Origin: Planctomycetales bacterium
Lineage (GTDB): Bacteria > Planctomycetota > Phycisphaerae > SM23-33
Reading direction: 5' to 3'
DNA length: 64,000 nt
NCBI GenBank assembly: GCA_030612725.1
Contig: JAUWNJ010000002.1
Location: forward strand, 64,542-128,541
The notes below the pieces were generated by a model, which saw nothing but the letters and a program-made list of their open reading frames with translations, did not search any database and was not told the origin of the DNA. Below, piece by piece: positions 28,878 through 38,824 of the stretch. Position numbers and translations under genes: made by a program. Position 1 is the stretch's first letter. Each line of letters starts with the position of its first letter.

Positions 28878-29150
28878 AAATCCAAAATACGAATATCGAA
28901 ATACGAAACAAATTCGAATGACCGAATTCTCAAAATCCGAAACGAACTTGGACAACCAAAATCCAAAACGAAAGCACTATGACCTTGAAGATCGAACCTT
29001 TGAGAAAACGAGCGTGTCGCTTTGGTTCAGGAAAGCACTGAACTGATGAACATTTTCGGTTCCATCCTTCGCAAGAGCGAATGATATTTTGAACATTTGA
29101 ATTTCGTATTTCGAATTTGTTTCGTATTTCGGATTTCGATATTCGGATTT
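28877..29150. mobile_element. Heptamer-armed inverted element (AAATMCG / CGKATTT) carrying a four-helix-bundle gene remnant
   Basis: Left arm aaatacgaatatcgaaatacgaaacaaattcgaa; right arm ttcgaatttgtttcgtatttcggatttcgatattcggattt. Same family as 42766, 56328 and 59034. Confidence 0.7.
28918..29084 (+). pseudogene. Internally deleted four-helix-bundle protein gene (TIGR02436 / 23S_rRNA_IVP-like)
   Basis: N-terminus MTEFSKSETNLDNQNPKRKHYDLEDRTFE joined out of frame to C-terminus ENERVALVQESTELMNIFGSILRKSE*. Confidence 0.75.
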
Positions 29151-29162
29151 ATTTGAGAAACC

Positions 29163-30029
29163 ATGGCTGATCAAGACACATTTACACCGTTTCAATACGT
29201 TCCGATGCCGGACGGCCCTCCGGTCCGCAAAAAGCGCGACATGCCCGACGGACTTTGGATGCGCTGCGGCGAGTGCGAGACGATGCTGTACCGCAAGGTC
29301 GTTGCCGAAAACCTCGAAGTCTGCCCGGAGTGCGGGTGGCATTTCCGTGTCGGTGCAGCCAAACGTATCCGTCAGTTGTCCGACCCCGACACATTCGAGG
29401 AACTCTTCGACGATATCGCTCCCGATGACCCGTTGGCGTTCAAGTGGTGTGGGCAGACTTACGCCCAGCGGCTTCGCGACGAACAGGACAAGACGCAATC
29501 GACCGACGCGGTTATTACCGGAATATCCTACATCAAGGGTCGGCGAGTAGCGCTGGGCGTGATGAACGGGGATTTCCTGATGGGGTCAATGGCGTCGGTT
29601 GTCGGAGAGAAGATAACGCTGCTGATAGAACATGCCACGGATGAACGCGTCCCCCTGGTGATTGTCGGCACTTCCGGCGGGGCGAGGATGCACGAAGGAG
29701 CGCTGTCGCTTATGCAGATGGGCAAAACCAGCGCCGCTCTGGCCCGATACGACGAAGTCGGCGGGTTGTTTATCTCACTCCTGGCAGACCCGACAACAGG
29801 CGGAACAACCGCCTCATTCGCCATGCTCGGCGACATCATCATAGCCGAACCGAACGCTCTTATCGGATTCGCCGGTCAACGCGTCATCGCAAATACCATC
29901 AAGACCGAGTTGCCCGCCGGTTTCCAGCGGGCAGAATTCCTGCTCGACCACGGATTCATAGACCGCATCGTCCCGCGACATGAACTTCGCAGCGAAATCG
30001 CCCGCCTGATCGACTACTGCAAAGCATAA
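29163..30029 (+). CDS. accD: Acetyl-CoA carboxylase carboxyltransferase beta subunit
   Basis: GLWMRCGEC...CPEC Zn finger, [15 protein letters not shown] and FAGQRVI. Confidence 0.97.
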   Translation: MADQDTFTPFQYVPMPDGPPVRKKRDMPDGLWMRCGECETMLYRKVVAENLEVCPECGWHFRVGAAKRIRQLSDPDTFEELFDDIAPDDPLAFKWCGQTYAQRLRDEQDKTQSTDAVITGISYIKGRRVALGVMNGDFLMGSMASVVGEKITLLIEHATDERVPLVIVGTSGGARMHEGALSLMQMGKTSAALARYDEVGGLFISLLADPTTGGTTASFAMLGDIIIAEPNALIGFAGQRVIANTIKTELPAGFQRAEFLLDHGFIDRIVPRHELRSEIARLIDYCKA

Positions 30030-30090
30030 TTCGATTGCGGATTGTGGATTTCCAATTTGTTTAGAGAAGCCGTCGAACATTCTTCCAGTT

Positions 30091-30732
30091 TCAATTAAAA
30101 ATACCTACCCACCACGGCGCGGACGTCAGATCGCCGTAGGTTATAACATCGAAGGTCGCGTGGGCCAGAACGGGGAACAGCACGCTGCCGAAGGCCTCTC
30201 TCATCAGCCCAAAAACGATACCGAAAACTATCGTCCCCGCCCCCAGCCACAGCAGATCCGCCCGAACAGCCACATCCGGCAGGACAAACAGACTGCACTT
30301 GTAAGCCGCATGAGCAACCGCTCCGCCAACGCACGCTACCCACAGACCATACCTCCGCAAACAGCCCTGCACGAAACCTCGATACGCGACCTCCTCACAG
30401 ATGCCGATGCCCGCCGCGATGAGACAAAACCATTCCAGACGTTCGGGCAGCAGCGTTTGATGTTGTGTGCCGCGATAGTACACCGCCAGCCCAATTCCCA
30501 AAGCAACCGCCGGCAGGATATATATCAGGCGATACCTCGCAAAACCGGTTATGCCCAACAGCCCCCACGGTTGAGGTGATTTGGCGATTCCACGCGCCAG
30601 AGCCAGACCCGCTATCAAAAGCCCAGCCAGCCGAGGTAGTATCAGAGCTTCCCGATGGGCACACAGCGCAAAGACCGCCATGCCCACCGCGAACATCAGC
30701 GCCTCCACGGGCCGACCGGACCGCTGGCTCAT
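30091..30732 (-). CDS. CPBP-family (CAAX-like) intramembrane glutamic metalloprotease
   Basis: EEVAYRG motif, HAAYK and HATFD; multi-TM; TGATG-coupled to the LRR gene. Confidence 0.87.
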   Translation of the reverse strand: MSQRSGRPVEALMFAVGMAVFALCAHREALILPRLAGLLIAGLALARGIAKSPQPWGLLGITGFARYRLIYILPAVALGIGLAVYYRGTQHQTLLPERLEWFCLIAAGIGICEEVAYRGFVQGCLRRYGLWVACVGGAVAHAAYKCSLFVLPDVAVRADLLWLGAGTIVFGIVFGLMREAFGSVLFPVLAHATFDVITYGDLTSAPWWVGIFN

Positions 30733-32075
30733 CACGCAGCCTTCCCCGTCGCAGACCGCCGACGCCACCAGACGCCCAACCCCACCGCTACGGGAACGAC
30801 CAGAAGAATCCAGGCCGAACCCATGCAGAAACCCACAATCTTACATTCCGGCAAGGCCTTGCGAATCTCGTCGTATTCCTCTTGGCGTTTCTCCAAGCCG
30901 TCGTCATCGACCACAAGCATCTTGAGATTCTTCAATTTCTTCAGAGGAGAGAGGTCCTTGACGGTCGGCGGTATTGGAACAATGGCGAGTTCCGTAAGGT
31001 TCGTCAATTTCCCGATTGGGGCGATGTTTTTGATTTTGGCATCGGTGTCCGGCCCCAGGGTCAGGCTTCGCAGTTCCCGCATATCAGTTAAGAAGTCGAG
31101 GTCGGTGAGTCCATCGGCTTCTCCAAGATGGAGAGTCTGAAGATGCTTGAGGTTCCGCAGTGCCATGAAGTCTTTAACGTAACTGCAATCCGCTATTACA
31201 AGTCCTTGCAGGTGTGTCAGTTTGGACAGCGGAGCCAGGTTCGTAACATTACCCAAGCCCAAGAATCGAAGTTTTTTCAGTTTCGTCAAGTCGGGTATTT
31301 TTTCGCCTGATATCACAAGGTGCGTAAGGTCTGACAGTTGAACAATCACATCCTCGTCGATTTTCATCCCCTTAGCAAAAAGGCAGGCTGGTTGAGCAGC
31401 GATTAGTGCTTTGCGGACGTCGGCTTCGATTGTCAGTTTCAATTCGACTGTTGGCTTCGACGTGGCGGATTTGATCTCGCTACCGCCAAAGACAACAGTG
31501 ATACCTGCCCCTGCCATGCGAGTCAGTGCCGCCGTATCGGTCGCCGCATCGCCGCTGAGTAGAAGCGTGCGAATCGTCTTTAGTTTCGCGTCAGGCTGCT
31601 GTGCAAACCATTGAGCGCCGGCTTTGTTGCTCAAATCGACGCAGATTACCTTGTCGTTCAGCAGCGCCAAGCCGGGCTGGCGGGAAAAAACCAGCGGCAT
31701 TTTCTCGTCGCCACGGAATATGTACCGGAAACTTATTTTGTCCATTGACTTGTCGGCCTTGCGATACAGTTGAATCATCAGTAGCTCTCCATCGAACGCG
31801 AGAAACTCATAATGGTCCTTGCCGGCATCTTCGGCCTCTTCCGCCCTGCCCCTACCAAATATTCCCCCCCGCTGAAAACTCCCGCACTGGACATCCTGCA
31901 CTCCTGCTCCGCCGGTAAGTTTGACCGAAACCAGACGCTCCTGTTTGGGACGCTCCTTCTCGGTGCGATCCTTCCCATCTCCGCAGGCCAGCGGCAGGAA
32001 ACATCCGATCAGCAAGAATAATTGCACGAAATGACGTAACCTCGGCCGAACACATCGGTAAATGATATGAAGCAT
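30732..32075 (-). CDS. Leucine-rich-repeat lipoprotein with a C-terminal membrane anchor
   Basis: Lipobox-like PLAC; LxxLxxLxxLxL repeats; LPECKI cap; tail GFCMGSAWILLVVPVAVGLGVWWRRR. Confidence 0.85.
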   Translation of the reverse strand: MLHIIYRCVRPRLRHFVQLFLLIGCFLPLACGDGKDRTEKERPKQERLVSVKLTGGAGVQDVQCGSFQRGGIFGRGRAEEAEDAGKDHYEFLAFDGELLMIQLYRKADKSMDKISFRYIFRGDEKMPLVFSRQPGLALLNDKVICVDLSNKAGAQWFAQQPDAKLKTIRTLLLSGDAATDTAALTRMAGAGITVVFGGSEIKSATSKPTVELKLTIEADVRKALIAAQPACLFAKGMKIDEDVIVQLSDLTHLVISGEKIPDLTKLKKLRFLGLGNVTNLAPLSKLTHLQGLVIADCSYVKDFMALRNLKHLQTLHLGEADGLTDLDFLTDMRELRSLTLGPDTDAKIKNIAPIGKLTNLTELAIVPIPPTVKDLSPLKKLKNLKMLVVDDDGLEKRQEEYDEIRKALPECKIVGFCMGSAWILLVVPVAVGLGVWWRRRSATGKAA

Positions 32076-32115
32076 CGCTTTTCTCCCTGATTTATAGCCT
32101 ACGAAGGAGTATCTG

Positions 32116-34023
32116 CTATTCTCCGGCTGCATTTTCCTGGGTGTTCTCGCTTTCGGAGGTTGTTTTTTTCTTCCTGCTTCGTCGTCTTCGTCGCGGTTTC
32201 TTTTTTGCTTTTGCCTGTTCGGGTTCGGGTTCGGGTTCTTTTTCGCTTTCTTTTACTTCTTCTTTTGCCTCGACTTTTGTCTCATCGGTTGTCTCATCGG
32301 GCTCTGTTGCGGGTTTTTTCTTTCGTCGTCGCCGGCGCGATTTTTTCTTTTTCTTCGGGACGTCGGATTCGGCGTCGGTTGTTTCGTCGGCTGGCGTTTC
32401 GGCCGCTTCTTCAAGTTGTTGTTTCTGGAAGGCTGACAGCTCAGCGAGGGTGATTTCCCTTGTGGGCGCTTTTTCGATTTTACCGGGGGCGGACGAATCC
32501 GTTTCACATTGAACCGTTGCTCCTCGTGTATCGGTACATGTCAGTCTGGTTTCGCTGACCGGCAGATCGGCGTTAGCGTGAATGAGGATTTGTGTCTGTG
32601 AAACCTTTTCCAGTTCTGTAATGTCATTTCGGTGATGGTTGAAGAGATGTTCTGCCACAGTGGTCGCGACAGTCAGTTCGATTTTCGCGATGCCTTCATC
32701 GCTTGTAGCGAGTTGCAACGCGCGTAACGTTGCCAGTGTTTGCGATTTGACGGACCTGATTCGCCCGGCCCCGCCGCAGTGCGGACATGGACGCGAGATA
32801 GCGCTTGCCAGCGACGGTTTGATTCGCTGGCGGGTCATTTCAACGATACCGAACCGGCTCATTCGCAGTATTTTTGTCTTGGCGCGGTCTTTTTTGGTCT
32901 CTTCGCGGAGGATTCGTTCGATTTCCCGGCAGTGTTTTCCATCGATCATGTCGATGAAGTCGATGACGATTACGCCGCCGAGGTCGCGGAGTCGCAGTTG
33001 TCGTGGAATTTCGTGGGCGGCTTCACTGTTCATCCGAAACGCCATTGTTTCGGCATTGTCTGTGTCGCGGAACCGTCCGGAGTTGATGTCAATGGCGACC
33101 AATGCCTCTGCCTGGTCGATTATCAACGACCCGCCGGAGTCGAGGGACACTCGCGGAGAGGTAATGGCTTCGATTTCCCGCTCCAGTCCGAAGGCGTAGA
33201 ACAGGCCGGCCTGTCCGGTGTACAGTTCAACCCGATTGCTTGTTCGCGGCATGTTCAGGTGGAGGAATTCTTTTACCTTGCAGGCGACTGTTTCGTTGTC
33301 GCAGATAATTCGCTTGATGTCGGAGTTATATATGTCTCGGATAGTGCGTATGACCAGGTCGGATTCCTGATATATTTCCGCAGGTGCGCCGGTTTTTTTC
33401 TCTCGCTGTTCGATAGACTTCCATAGTCTCGTGAGGTAATTCAAGTCTCGCTGGAGGTCGTGTTTCGACCTGCCCATTCCGGCGGTTCGGACGATGAAAC
33501 CGAGATCGGACGGAGGTTCGAGTTCTTCCAGTATGGCGCGCATCTTGGTTCTTGCGTCTTCATCTTCTATCTTTCGTGAAATACCGAGCCTTTGCATTCC
33601 CGGCATCAGCACGAGGTATCGTCCCGGAATTGAGATATAGGTCGTCAGTGTCGAACCCTTCGTTCCGATACCGTCCTTGATAACCTGGACGGTAACTTCC
33701 TGCCCTCGGCGGAGGCACTTCTGGATGGGGGGACGTTCTTTGCGAGTGCGCTTTTTACCGACGTCTTCGGGGCGATTCTCACCTTCGGGAAAATATTCCG
33801 GGTGCAAATCGGAGATGTGGAGGAAACCGTTCTTAACTATACCAAAATCCACAAAGGCCGCCTGAATCGAAGGCTCGACGTTGGTTACGCGCCCCTTGTA
33901 AATGTTGCCGACATGCGAGAGGCTAGATGCCTGCTCAATGTAAAGTTCGGTAAGATTGTTATCGCTTACAATGGCGATCCGGCACTCGTCCGGCTGGGCG
34001 TTTATCAGCATTTCCTTTGTCAT
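32116..34023 (-). CDS. rne: Ribonuclease E/G family
   Basis: GNIYKGRVTNVEPSIQAAFVD S1 domain, AIDINSG, LRDLGGVIVIDFIDM, CPHCGG, and an R/K/E-rich disordered tail. Confidence 0.95.
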   Translation of the reverse strand: MTKEMLINAQPDECRIAIVSDNNLTELYIEQASSLSHVGNIYKGRVTNVEPSIQAAFVDFGIVKNGFLHISDLHPEYFPEGENRPEDVGKKRTRKERPPIQKCLRRGQEVTVQVIKDGIGTKGSTLTTYISIPGRYLVLMPGMQRLGISRKIEDEDARTKMRAILEELEPPSDLGFIVRTAGMGRSKHDLQRDLNYLTRLWKSIEQREKKTGAPAEIYQESDLVIRTIRDIYNSDIKRIICDNETVACKVKEFLHLNMPRTSNRVELYTGQAGLFYAFGLEREIEAITSPRVSLDSGGSLIIDQAEALVAIDINSGRFRDTDNAETMAFRMNSEAAHEIPRQLRLRDLGGVIVIDFIDMIDGKHCREIERILREETKKDRAKTKILRMSRFGIVEMTRQRIKPSLASAISRPCPHCGGAGRIRSVKSQTLATLRALQLATSDEGIAKIELTVATTVAEHLFNHHRNDITELEKVSQTQILIHANADLPVSETRLTCTDTRGATVQCETDSSAPGKIEKAPTREITLAELSAFQKQQLEEAAETPADETTDAESDVPKKKKKSRRRRRKKKPATEPDETTDETKVEAKEEVKESEKEPEPEPEQAKAKKKPRRRRRSRKKKTTSESENTQENAAGE

Positions 34024-34101
34024 ACTTTCACGTTCCTTCGTTGACGCATCAATTTCGTATTTTTACAGGCAGGGCCATCGTGGCGAAGCCTTTTTCGTCA
34101 G

Positions 34102-34800
34102 TTAGAATTCGCACTCGAGGGCTGTTTTTTCCAGCCTGGCGAGTGTTTCGTTAACATCGGCGACTTCCAGCAGTCTTAACACCCGTTCGGGTCCGATGGG
34201 TCCGTCCGGTGGTTCAGGCGCAAGCGTGAAGGATAGTTTTCCGTCGTTCCCGCCTGACGACGATATGCCGATGCCGCCTATTTGTCCCTTGATGTCTATA
34301 AGTTTGTTTGGTTTATCATCGCCGGGGTTGCGACGGCGGGCGACTTCCCACTTTGCGGTCTGTTTCAGCGCCTCCAGACGGGCCTCTATTTGCTTCCGTT
34401 CGCAATCGGTCAATGATAATTCGTACGTTACCGCCTTGATTTTCGCCTTGGTCTTGTTCGGTAGCGGTTCGGTTTTTATCAGTTTCATTCCTTCGGGAAA
34501 CTGCTCGCCGAGGTGCAGACCCGGGTCTGACGCAGGTGAATCGGTTTTCAACTCGATTACCATCAATTCGCATCGGCTGCTTACGCCCACCGGGCGGGGC
34601 AGCGGCAGGGACAGTTTGGGACGGGGATTGAATCCTTCGGAGAATTTTATCGGTAGTCCGGCCCGAGCGGCTGAACGTTCGCACAGGCTCATCATGTTGC
34701 GGTGCGAGAGGAACCGCAAATCCCCCCCGACGGTGAACCACACCGCCCATTGCATTTTTGATTTTCGATTTTCGATTTTCGATTTTACCAGGGCGGACAT
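34102..34800 (-). CDS. TIGR03936-type radical SAM-associated protein (DUF2344)
   Basis: LRFLSHRN...RAGLPIKFSEGFNPRPKLS...PVGVSS. The N-terminal SKIENRKSK is encoded by a heptamer repeat, so the true start may be about 34755. Confidence 0.85.
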   Translation of the reverse strand: MSALVKSKIENRKSKMQWAVWFTVGGDLRFLSHRNMMSLCERSAARAGLPIKFSEGFNPRPKLSLPLPRPVGVSSRCELMVIELKTDSPASDPGLHLGEQFPEGMKLIKTEPLPNKTKAKIKAVTYELSLTDCERKQIEARLEALKQTAKWEVARRRNPGDDKPNKLIDIKGQIGGIGISSSGGNDGKLSFTLAPEPPDGPIGPERVLRLLEVADVNETLARLEKTALECEF

Positions 34801-34847
34801 ACGGTATTCCGTTTTTTCAGTCCCTAATCCCTAGCCCCAAGTCCCTG
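34755..34847. repeat. Two heptamer runs (GATTTTC x4; GTCCCWA x4) at the ptsI 3' junction
   Basis: gattttc-gattttc-gattttc-gatttt at 34760-34786 and gtcccta-atcccta-gccccaa-gtccctg at 34820-34847. Confidence 0.8.
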
Positions 34848-34851
34848 TCTT

Positions 34852-36588
34852 TTAGTACGCTTCCGGCATCACTTCACGAATCTGGTTGCGCAGATAGGAG
34901 ACTATTTGTTTGTCTATATTTAATGTCGCCACATGCCGGGCGACCCGGCGGGCGTGTTCGATTGTTATTGAACGAATGACCTTCTTCAGTTCCGGTACAC
35001 TCGGCGGGGCCACCGAAAAAGTTCGCAGACCCATTCCCAGCAACAGAAGGATGTATTTCGGGTCGCTTCCCATCTCCCCGCAGAGCGAAACTCCTACATC
35101 ATATCGCTGTCCGGCGCGGATGACTTCCTTTATCAATCGCAGCACAGCCGGGTTGGCGGCAGTGAACAGCGGCGCGACCCGCTCATTGGTTCTATCGACC
35201 GCCAACGTGTACTGGATCAGGTCGTTGGTCCCGATTGAGAAGAAATCCACTTCCTGCGCGAACTGGTTGCACTGAAGCGCCGCCGAGGGGACTTCCATCA
35301 TCATCCCTACGGGCACGTCTGTGCGGACCTCGACGCCTTCTTCCTCCAGGTCTTCCATCACATCTCGCAGAATCATCTTTGCCTGGCGGAGTTCCATCAC
35401 CGTGGTAATCAGCGGGAACATGACTGATACCTCGCCTTTCATCGACGCCCGCAGAATTGCCCGCAACTGCGTCTTGAATAATTGCAGGTGCTGGAAGCAG
35501 AAGCGAATGCTTCGCAAGCCCAGGAACGGGTTTCGCTCCTGTATGAGCAAATGCGCCTGCGTGTACTTATCAGCGCCCAGATCGAGCGTGCGTATGCACA
35601 CGGGACGACCATCCATAGCCTCGATTACTTTGCAATACGCCTCGTAATGGTCCTCTTCGGTCGGTTCGGTTTCCTTTTCGAGGTAGAGAAATTCGGTTCG
35701 GTACAGCCCGACGCCCTGCCCGCCCCTGGCAAGGACATTCTCCGCTTCACTCGGAAATTCGATATTTCCCAGAAGCGTTATTTCATGCCCGTCCATCGTA
35801 ATGGCGGGTAAATCCCGCAGGCGATCCAGTTCGCGGGTGAATTCGACCTGGCGACGCAGGAATTGGCGATTTTCCTCTATGGTGGCTTCGTCAGGTTCGA
35901 TGATGACAAGGCCACGGTTACCGTCGATGATTACTATGTCTCCGGCGTTGACGGAAACGCTCACATCATTAAGCCCGACAACGGCGGGGATACCCAGAGC
36001 ACGGGCGACAATGGCGGTATGACTGGTCCGACCGCCGGCGTCGATTGCCAGACCCAGGATATGTTTGCGGTCCATGCTGGCCGTCTGGGAGGGCGTAAGG
36101 TCGTGGGCGAGCACGACTACGTCTTCGGTCAGGTGCCCAAGACCTTCCCTGCTTTCGCCGATTAATCGGCGGAGGATACGCTTCTCGACGTCATAGACGT
36201 CCTTGACTCTCTCTGCGAGATACTCCGGCATCTGGAGGAATTCCTTGGCGTACTCGCGCAGGACGGTGGCGACGGCGAATTCAGCCGTTACGCTTTCGGT
36301 TTTGATTTTGTCCCTGACTTTTTCCAGCAGGGCTTCATCGCCCAGCAGCGCAAGGTGGAAGTCGAAGATTGCTCCCGTTTCCTTTCCAAGCCGCTTGGCG
36401 GTGTTGTCGCGCAGTTCGGTCAGTTCTTCGCGTGCCCCAGTCAGGGCGTATTCGAGGCGTTCAGCCTCTTCGCCGGCGCGGTCGGCGCTTATATGCCGCT
36501 CGGGAATGCGATATTCCTCGGCATCCAGGACAACAGCCTGGCAGATCACCACGCCGGGTGAAACTCCGATGCCTTTCTTGATTTCCAT
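34852..36588 (-). CDS. ptsI: PEP-protein phosphotransferase (PTS enzyme I)
   Basis: Motifs GGRTSHTAI, GLYRTEF, ERNPFLGLR, FSIGTNDL and LCGEM. Confidence 0.97.
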   Translation of the reverse strand: MEIKKGIGVSPGVVICQAVVLDAEEYRIPERHISADRAGEEAERLEYALTGAREELTELRDNTAKRLGKETGAIFDFHLALLGDEALLEKVRDKIKTESVTAEFAVATVLREYAKEFLQMPEYLAERVKDVYDVEKRILRRLIGESREGLGHLTEDVVVLAHDLTPSQTASMDRKHILGLAIDAGGRTSHTAIVARALGIPAVVGLNDVSVSVNAGDIVIIDGNRGLVIIEPDEATIEENRQFLRRQVEFTRELDRLRDLPAITMDGHEITLLGNIEFPSEAENVLARGGQGVGLYRTEFLYLEKETEPTEEDHYEAYCKVIEAMDGRPVCIRTLDLGADKYTQAHLLIQERNPFLGLRSIRFCFQHLQLFKTQLRAILRASMKGEVSVMFPLITTVMELRQAKMILRDVMEDLEEEGVEVRTDVPVGMMMEVPSAALQCNQFAQEVDFFSIGTNDLIQYTLAVDRTNERVAPLFTAANPAVLRLIKEVIRAGQRYDVGVSLCGEMGSDPKYILLLLGMGLRTFSVAPPSVPELKKVIRSITIEHARRVARHVATLNIDKQIVSYLRNQIREVMPEAY

Positions 36589-36595
36589 AATTAAT

Positions 36596-36683
36596 TAGCG
36601 GTCAGCAATCAGCGTTCAGCAGTCAGCAATTAAGTGTGTTACTTTTTCTTTTACTGACCGCTGATTGCTGACTGCTGATTGCT
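36596..36683. repeat. Heptamer inverted element (TCAGCRR / YYGCTGA) between ptsH and ptsI
   Basis: tcagcaa-tcagcgt-tcagcag-tcagcaa ... ctgaccg-ctgattg-ctgactg-ctgattg-ct. Same family as 60585-60710. Confidence 0.85.
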
Positions 36684-36690
36684 CTTCTTC

Positions 36691-36963
36691 TCATTCTTCG
36701 CCGAATTTATCTTTGATCAGCCCCGACAGTTTGCCGATGGCTTTGTCGGCATCCTGTCCATCCGCCCTGATTCGCAGTAGAGTGCCTTTCTCTGCCCCGA
36801 GAGTCAACATCGAGGTAACACTCTTTCCATCCACTACAAGGTCATTCTTGATGACCTCTATTTTAGATTCATATTTATTGGCCAATTGCACGAACTGCGT
36901 CGCCGGACGGGCATGCAGGCCATGTTTATTGATTAATGTTATTTCTACTTCGTGTTTGCTCAA
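36691..36963 (-). CDS. ptsH: HPr phosphocarrier protein
   Basis: GLHARPA and DGKS. Confidence 0.96.
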   Translation of the reverse strand: MSKHEVEITLINKHGLHARPATQFVQLANKYESKIEVIKNDLVVDGKSVTSMLTLGAEKGTLLRIRADGQDADKAIGKLSGLIKDKFGEE

Positions 36964-37022
36964 TTGTTTTTTATCGCTTCACAAAAAAGGAACAATCTTT
37001 TTAACCACAGGCAACATCCCAT

Positions 37023-37490
37023 TTACGCCATCTCATCGGCTTCGACGATGAGTTCGGCGATTGCCTTGGGTGTTTCGCTCTGACGGAGGAATTTTCTGAA
37101 AATGTCCCGTTGCACGTGCTTGAAGATAGTTTCCATTGCCTGAAGGTGCTCATCGGGATTGTCGGGGTTGGACAACAGTAAAATAACTATATAGACGGGT
37201 TTGGAGTCCAATGCGCCGAACTCGACACCGGTAGCCGAGCGTCCTATTGCACCGACGGCCTGCTTGACGGTTTTAACCTTGGCGTGGGGAAGGGCGACGC
37301 CCTTTCCGATACCGGTAGTTGCTTGCTTTTCCCTGGCAAGAACCGCGGTAGTTGCGTCCTTTACGCTCCGTGCCGAAATCGCGCCGGAATCGGCCAATAC
37401 CGACATCAACCGCTTGATGGCTTCGTCACGCGTAACGTCGTTCAGGTCGGCAATAACGGCGTCCGAAGCGATTATGTCCGATAATTTCAT
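37023..37490 (-). CDS. PTS IIA component (Ntr/fructose-type)
   Basis: REKQATTGIGKGVALPHAK. Confidence 0.92.
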   Translation of the reverse strand: MKLSDIIASDAVIADLNDVTRDEAIKRLMSVLADSGAISARSVKDATTAVLAREKQATTGIGKGVALPHAKVKTVKQAVGAIGRSATGVEFGALDSKPVYIVILLLSNPDNPDEHLQAMETIFKHVQRDIFRKFLRQSETPKAIAELIVEADEMA

Positions 37491-37504
37491 GCTTCTGCTC
37501 CTGT

Positions 37505-37575
37505 TTGGTAATTGGTAATTGGTAATCAGTAATTGGTAATTGGTAATCCGGCATCGAACACTTTACTGATTACTC
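37505..37575. repeat. Heptamer element (GGTAATT x6) between hpf and IIA
   Basis: tggtaat-tggtaat-tggtaat-cagtaat-tggtaat-tggtaat, with a short counter-arm ttactgattact at the hpf stop. Confidence 0.85.
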
Positions 37576-37908
37576 GTTTCCTGCCACTGAATCATTAATC
37601 TGTTCATGTGTCGGTCCATGTCGGTCGCGGATTTTGTCCTTATGGCGTCGCAGCTGCTCTTCCATTTTATGGATGCACTGATCCACGCATGCGTACATAT
37701 CCCGTCCACGATGGTGGGCGACGAAGGTGCTTTTACGTTTTCCTGACGCGACGATCTCGACGTAATGCTCTCCGGCATCGACGGCGAATGTTATATCGAC
37801 GGACTGCAAACCGTTATAAAAATGCGGCAGCCCGTTCACCTTTTCCCGGGCATACTCTTTCATTGCGTCTGTCAGTTCCACGTGTCTGGCCACAACGGAT
37901 ACATTCAC
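37570..37908 (-). CDS. hpf: Ribosome hibernation factor HPF/RaiA
   Basis: ARHVELTDAMKEYA...DMYACVDQCIHKMEEQLRRHKDK. Confidence 0.92.
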   Translation of the reverse strand: MNVSVVARHVELTDAMKEYAREKVNGLPHFYNGLQSVDITFAVDAGEHYVEIVASGKRKSTFVAHHRGRDMYACVDQCIHKMEEQLRRHKDKIRDRHGPTHEQINDSVAGNE

Positions 37909-37947
37909 GATAGATTTCTCCAGTATTAGGGTCCAATGAACCTGATG

Positions 37948-38718
37948 TCATTCGTTTTCCTGATTTTTCGTCCCGGCTAATGCTTTCGCAGCGATCATCC
38001 CGGTGGCGCTTCCCGGTTTTTGCTGACCTGGGGGGATAAGTACACCGCCGCTGACAGTGAAACGCAATGCCTCATCTATACTCAACGGCAGATCGATTAC
38101 CTCGTCGCGCCGCACCATTATTGTGTATCCTGTAACGGGCGTCGGGGAAGAGGGGATAAATACAGTCAGCATATCCGAACCAACCTTTTCATTTACCGTT
38201 CGCATTCCCTCGCCGGTCATCAGGCCCAGCGAGAAAATTCCTTTACGGGGATATTCAACCGCCACTACATGGGAATATTCCGCCTTTCGTTCGGTGAGCA
38301 GGAAATCGGTTACCTGTTTCGCGCCCGGATAAATCCGTTTGATAACCGGCACTCTTCCAATCGCATGCTCGAGGGTGGCCCATAAACCTCGCCCGATGAA
38401 ACTCGCCACGAATCGCCCAATGACGTAAATGGCTACAAACGCCAGAAAGAACCCGATCCATTCGAGGTGATACTGCTCCCATACGTCTTTTACCGGGGTC
38501 CAATAGACGGACCCTTTCCACGTAAGCGGAACGTGGTCAAGGATGCAGTAAAACTGCACCACGACCCATCGGGCGGCGATGTTAATATACTGGCCGATGT
38601 ACTTCTGGATTAACGTGAATATCCAAACAAGAATGGCCACGGTCAGGACCGCAGGCAGCACTGCTGCGAGACCTCGCACAAAAAACCGCCTGAAATCTTT
38701 CCTGAAACTACCGGCCAC
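37948..38718 (-). CDS. DUF502 membrane protein
   Basis: RVPVIKRIY, VEYPRKG, VFIPSSPTPVTG and SGG. Confidence 0.9.
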   Translation of the reverse strand: MAGSFRKDFRRFFVRGLAAVLPAVLTVAILVWIFTLIQKYIGQYINIAARWVVVQFYCILDHVPLTWKGSVYWTPVKDVWEQYHLEWIGFFLAFVAIYVIGRFVASFIGRGLWATLEHAIGRVPVIKRIYPGAKQVTDFLLTERKAEYSHVVAVEYPRKGIFSLGLMTGEGMRTVNEKVGSDMLTVFIPSSPTPVTGYTIMVRRDEVIDLPLSIDEALRFTVSGGVLIPPGQQKPGSATGMIAAKALAGTKNQENE

Positions 38719-38824
38719 TAATGACTCCTGTTATCACAGGGATGTTAATCCGTTACCGACAATACCAACACCCACCCCTGATCAGATTTTAGTTTATAGA
38801 CCAACTCCCCGCGCGTCAAGCATT

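Noticed and set aside
28918..29084. Diversity-generating retroelement, suggested by the Avd-like fold
   Set aside because: No reverse transcriptase and no TR/VR pair with adenine-specific differences were seen in the window.
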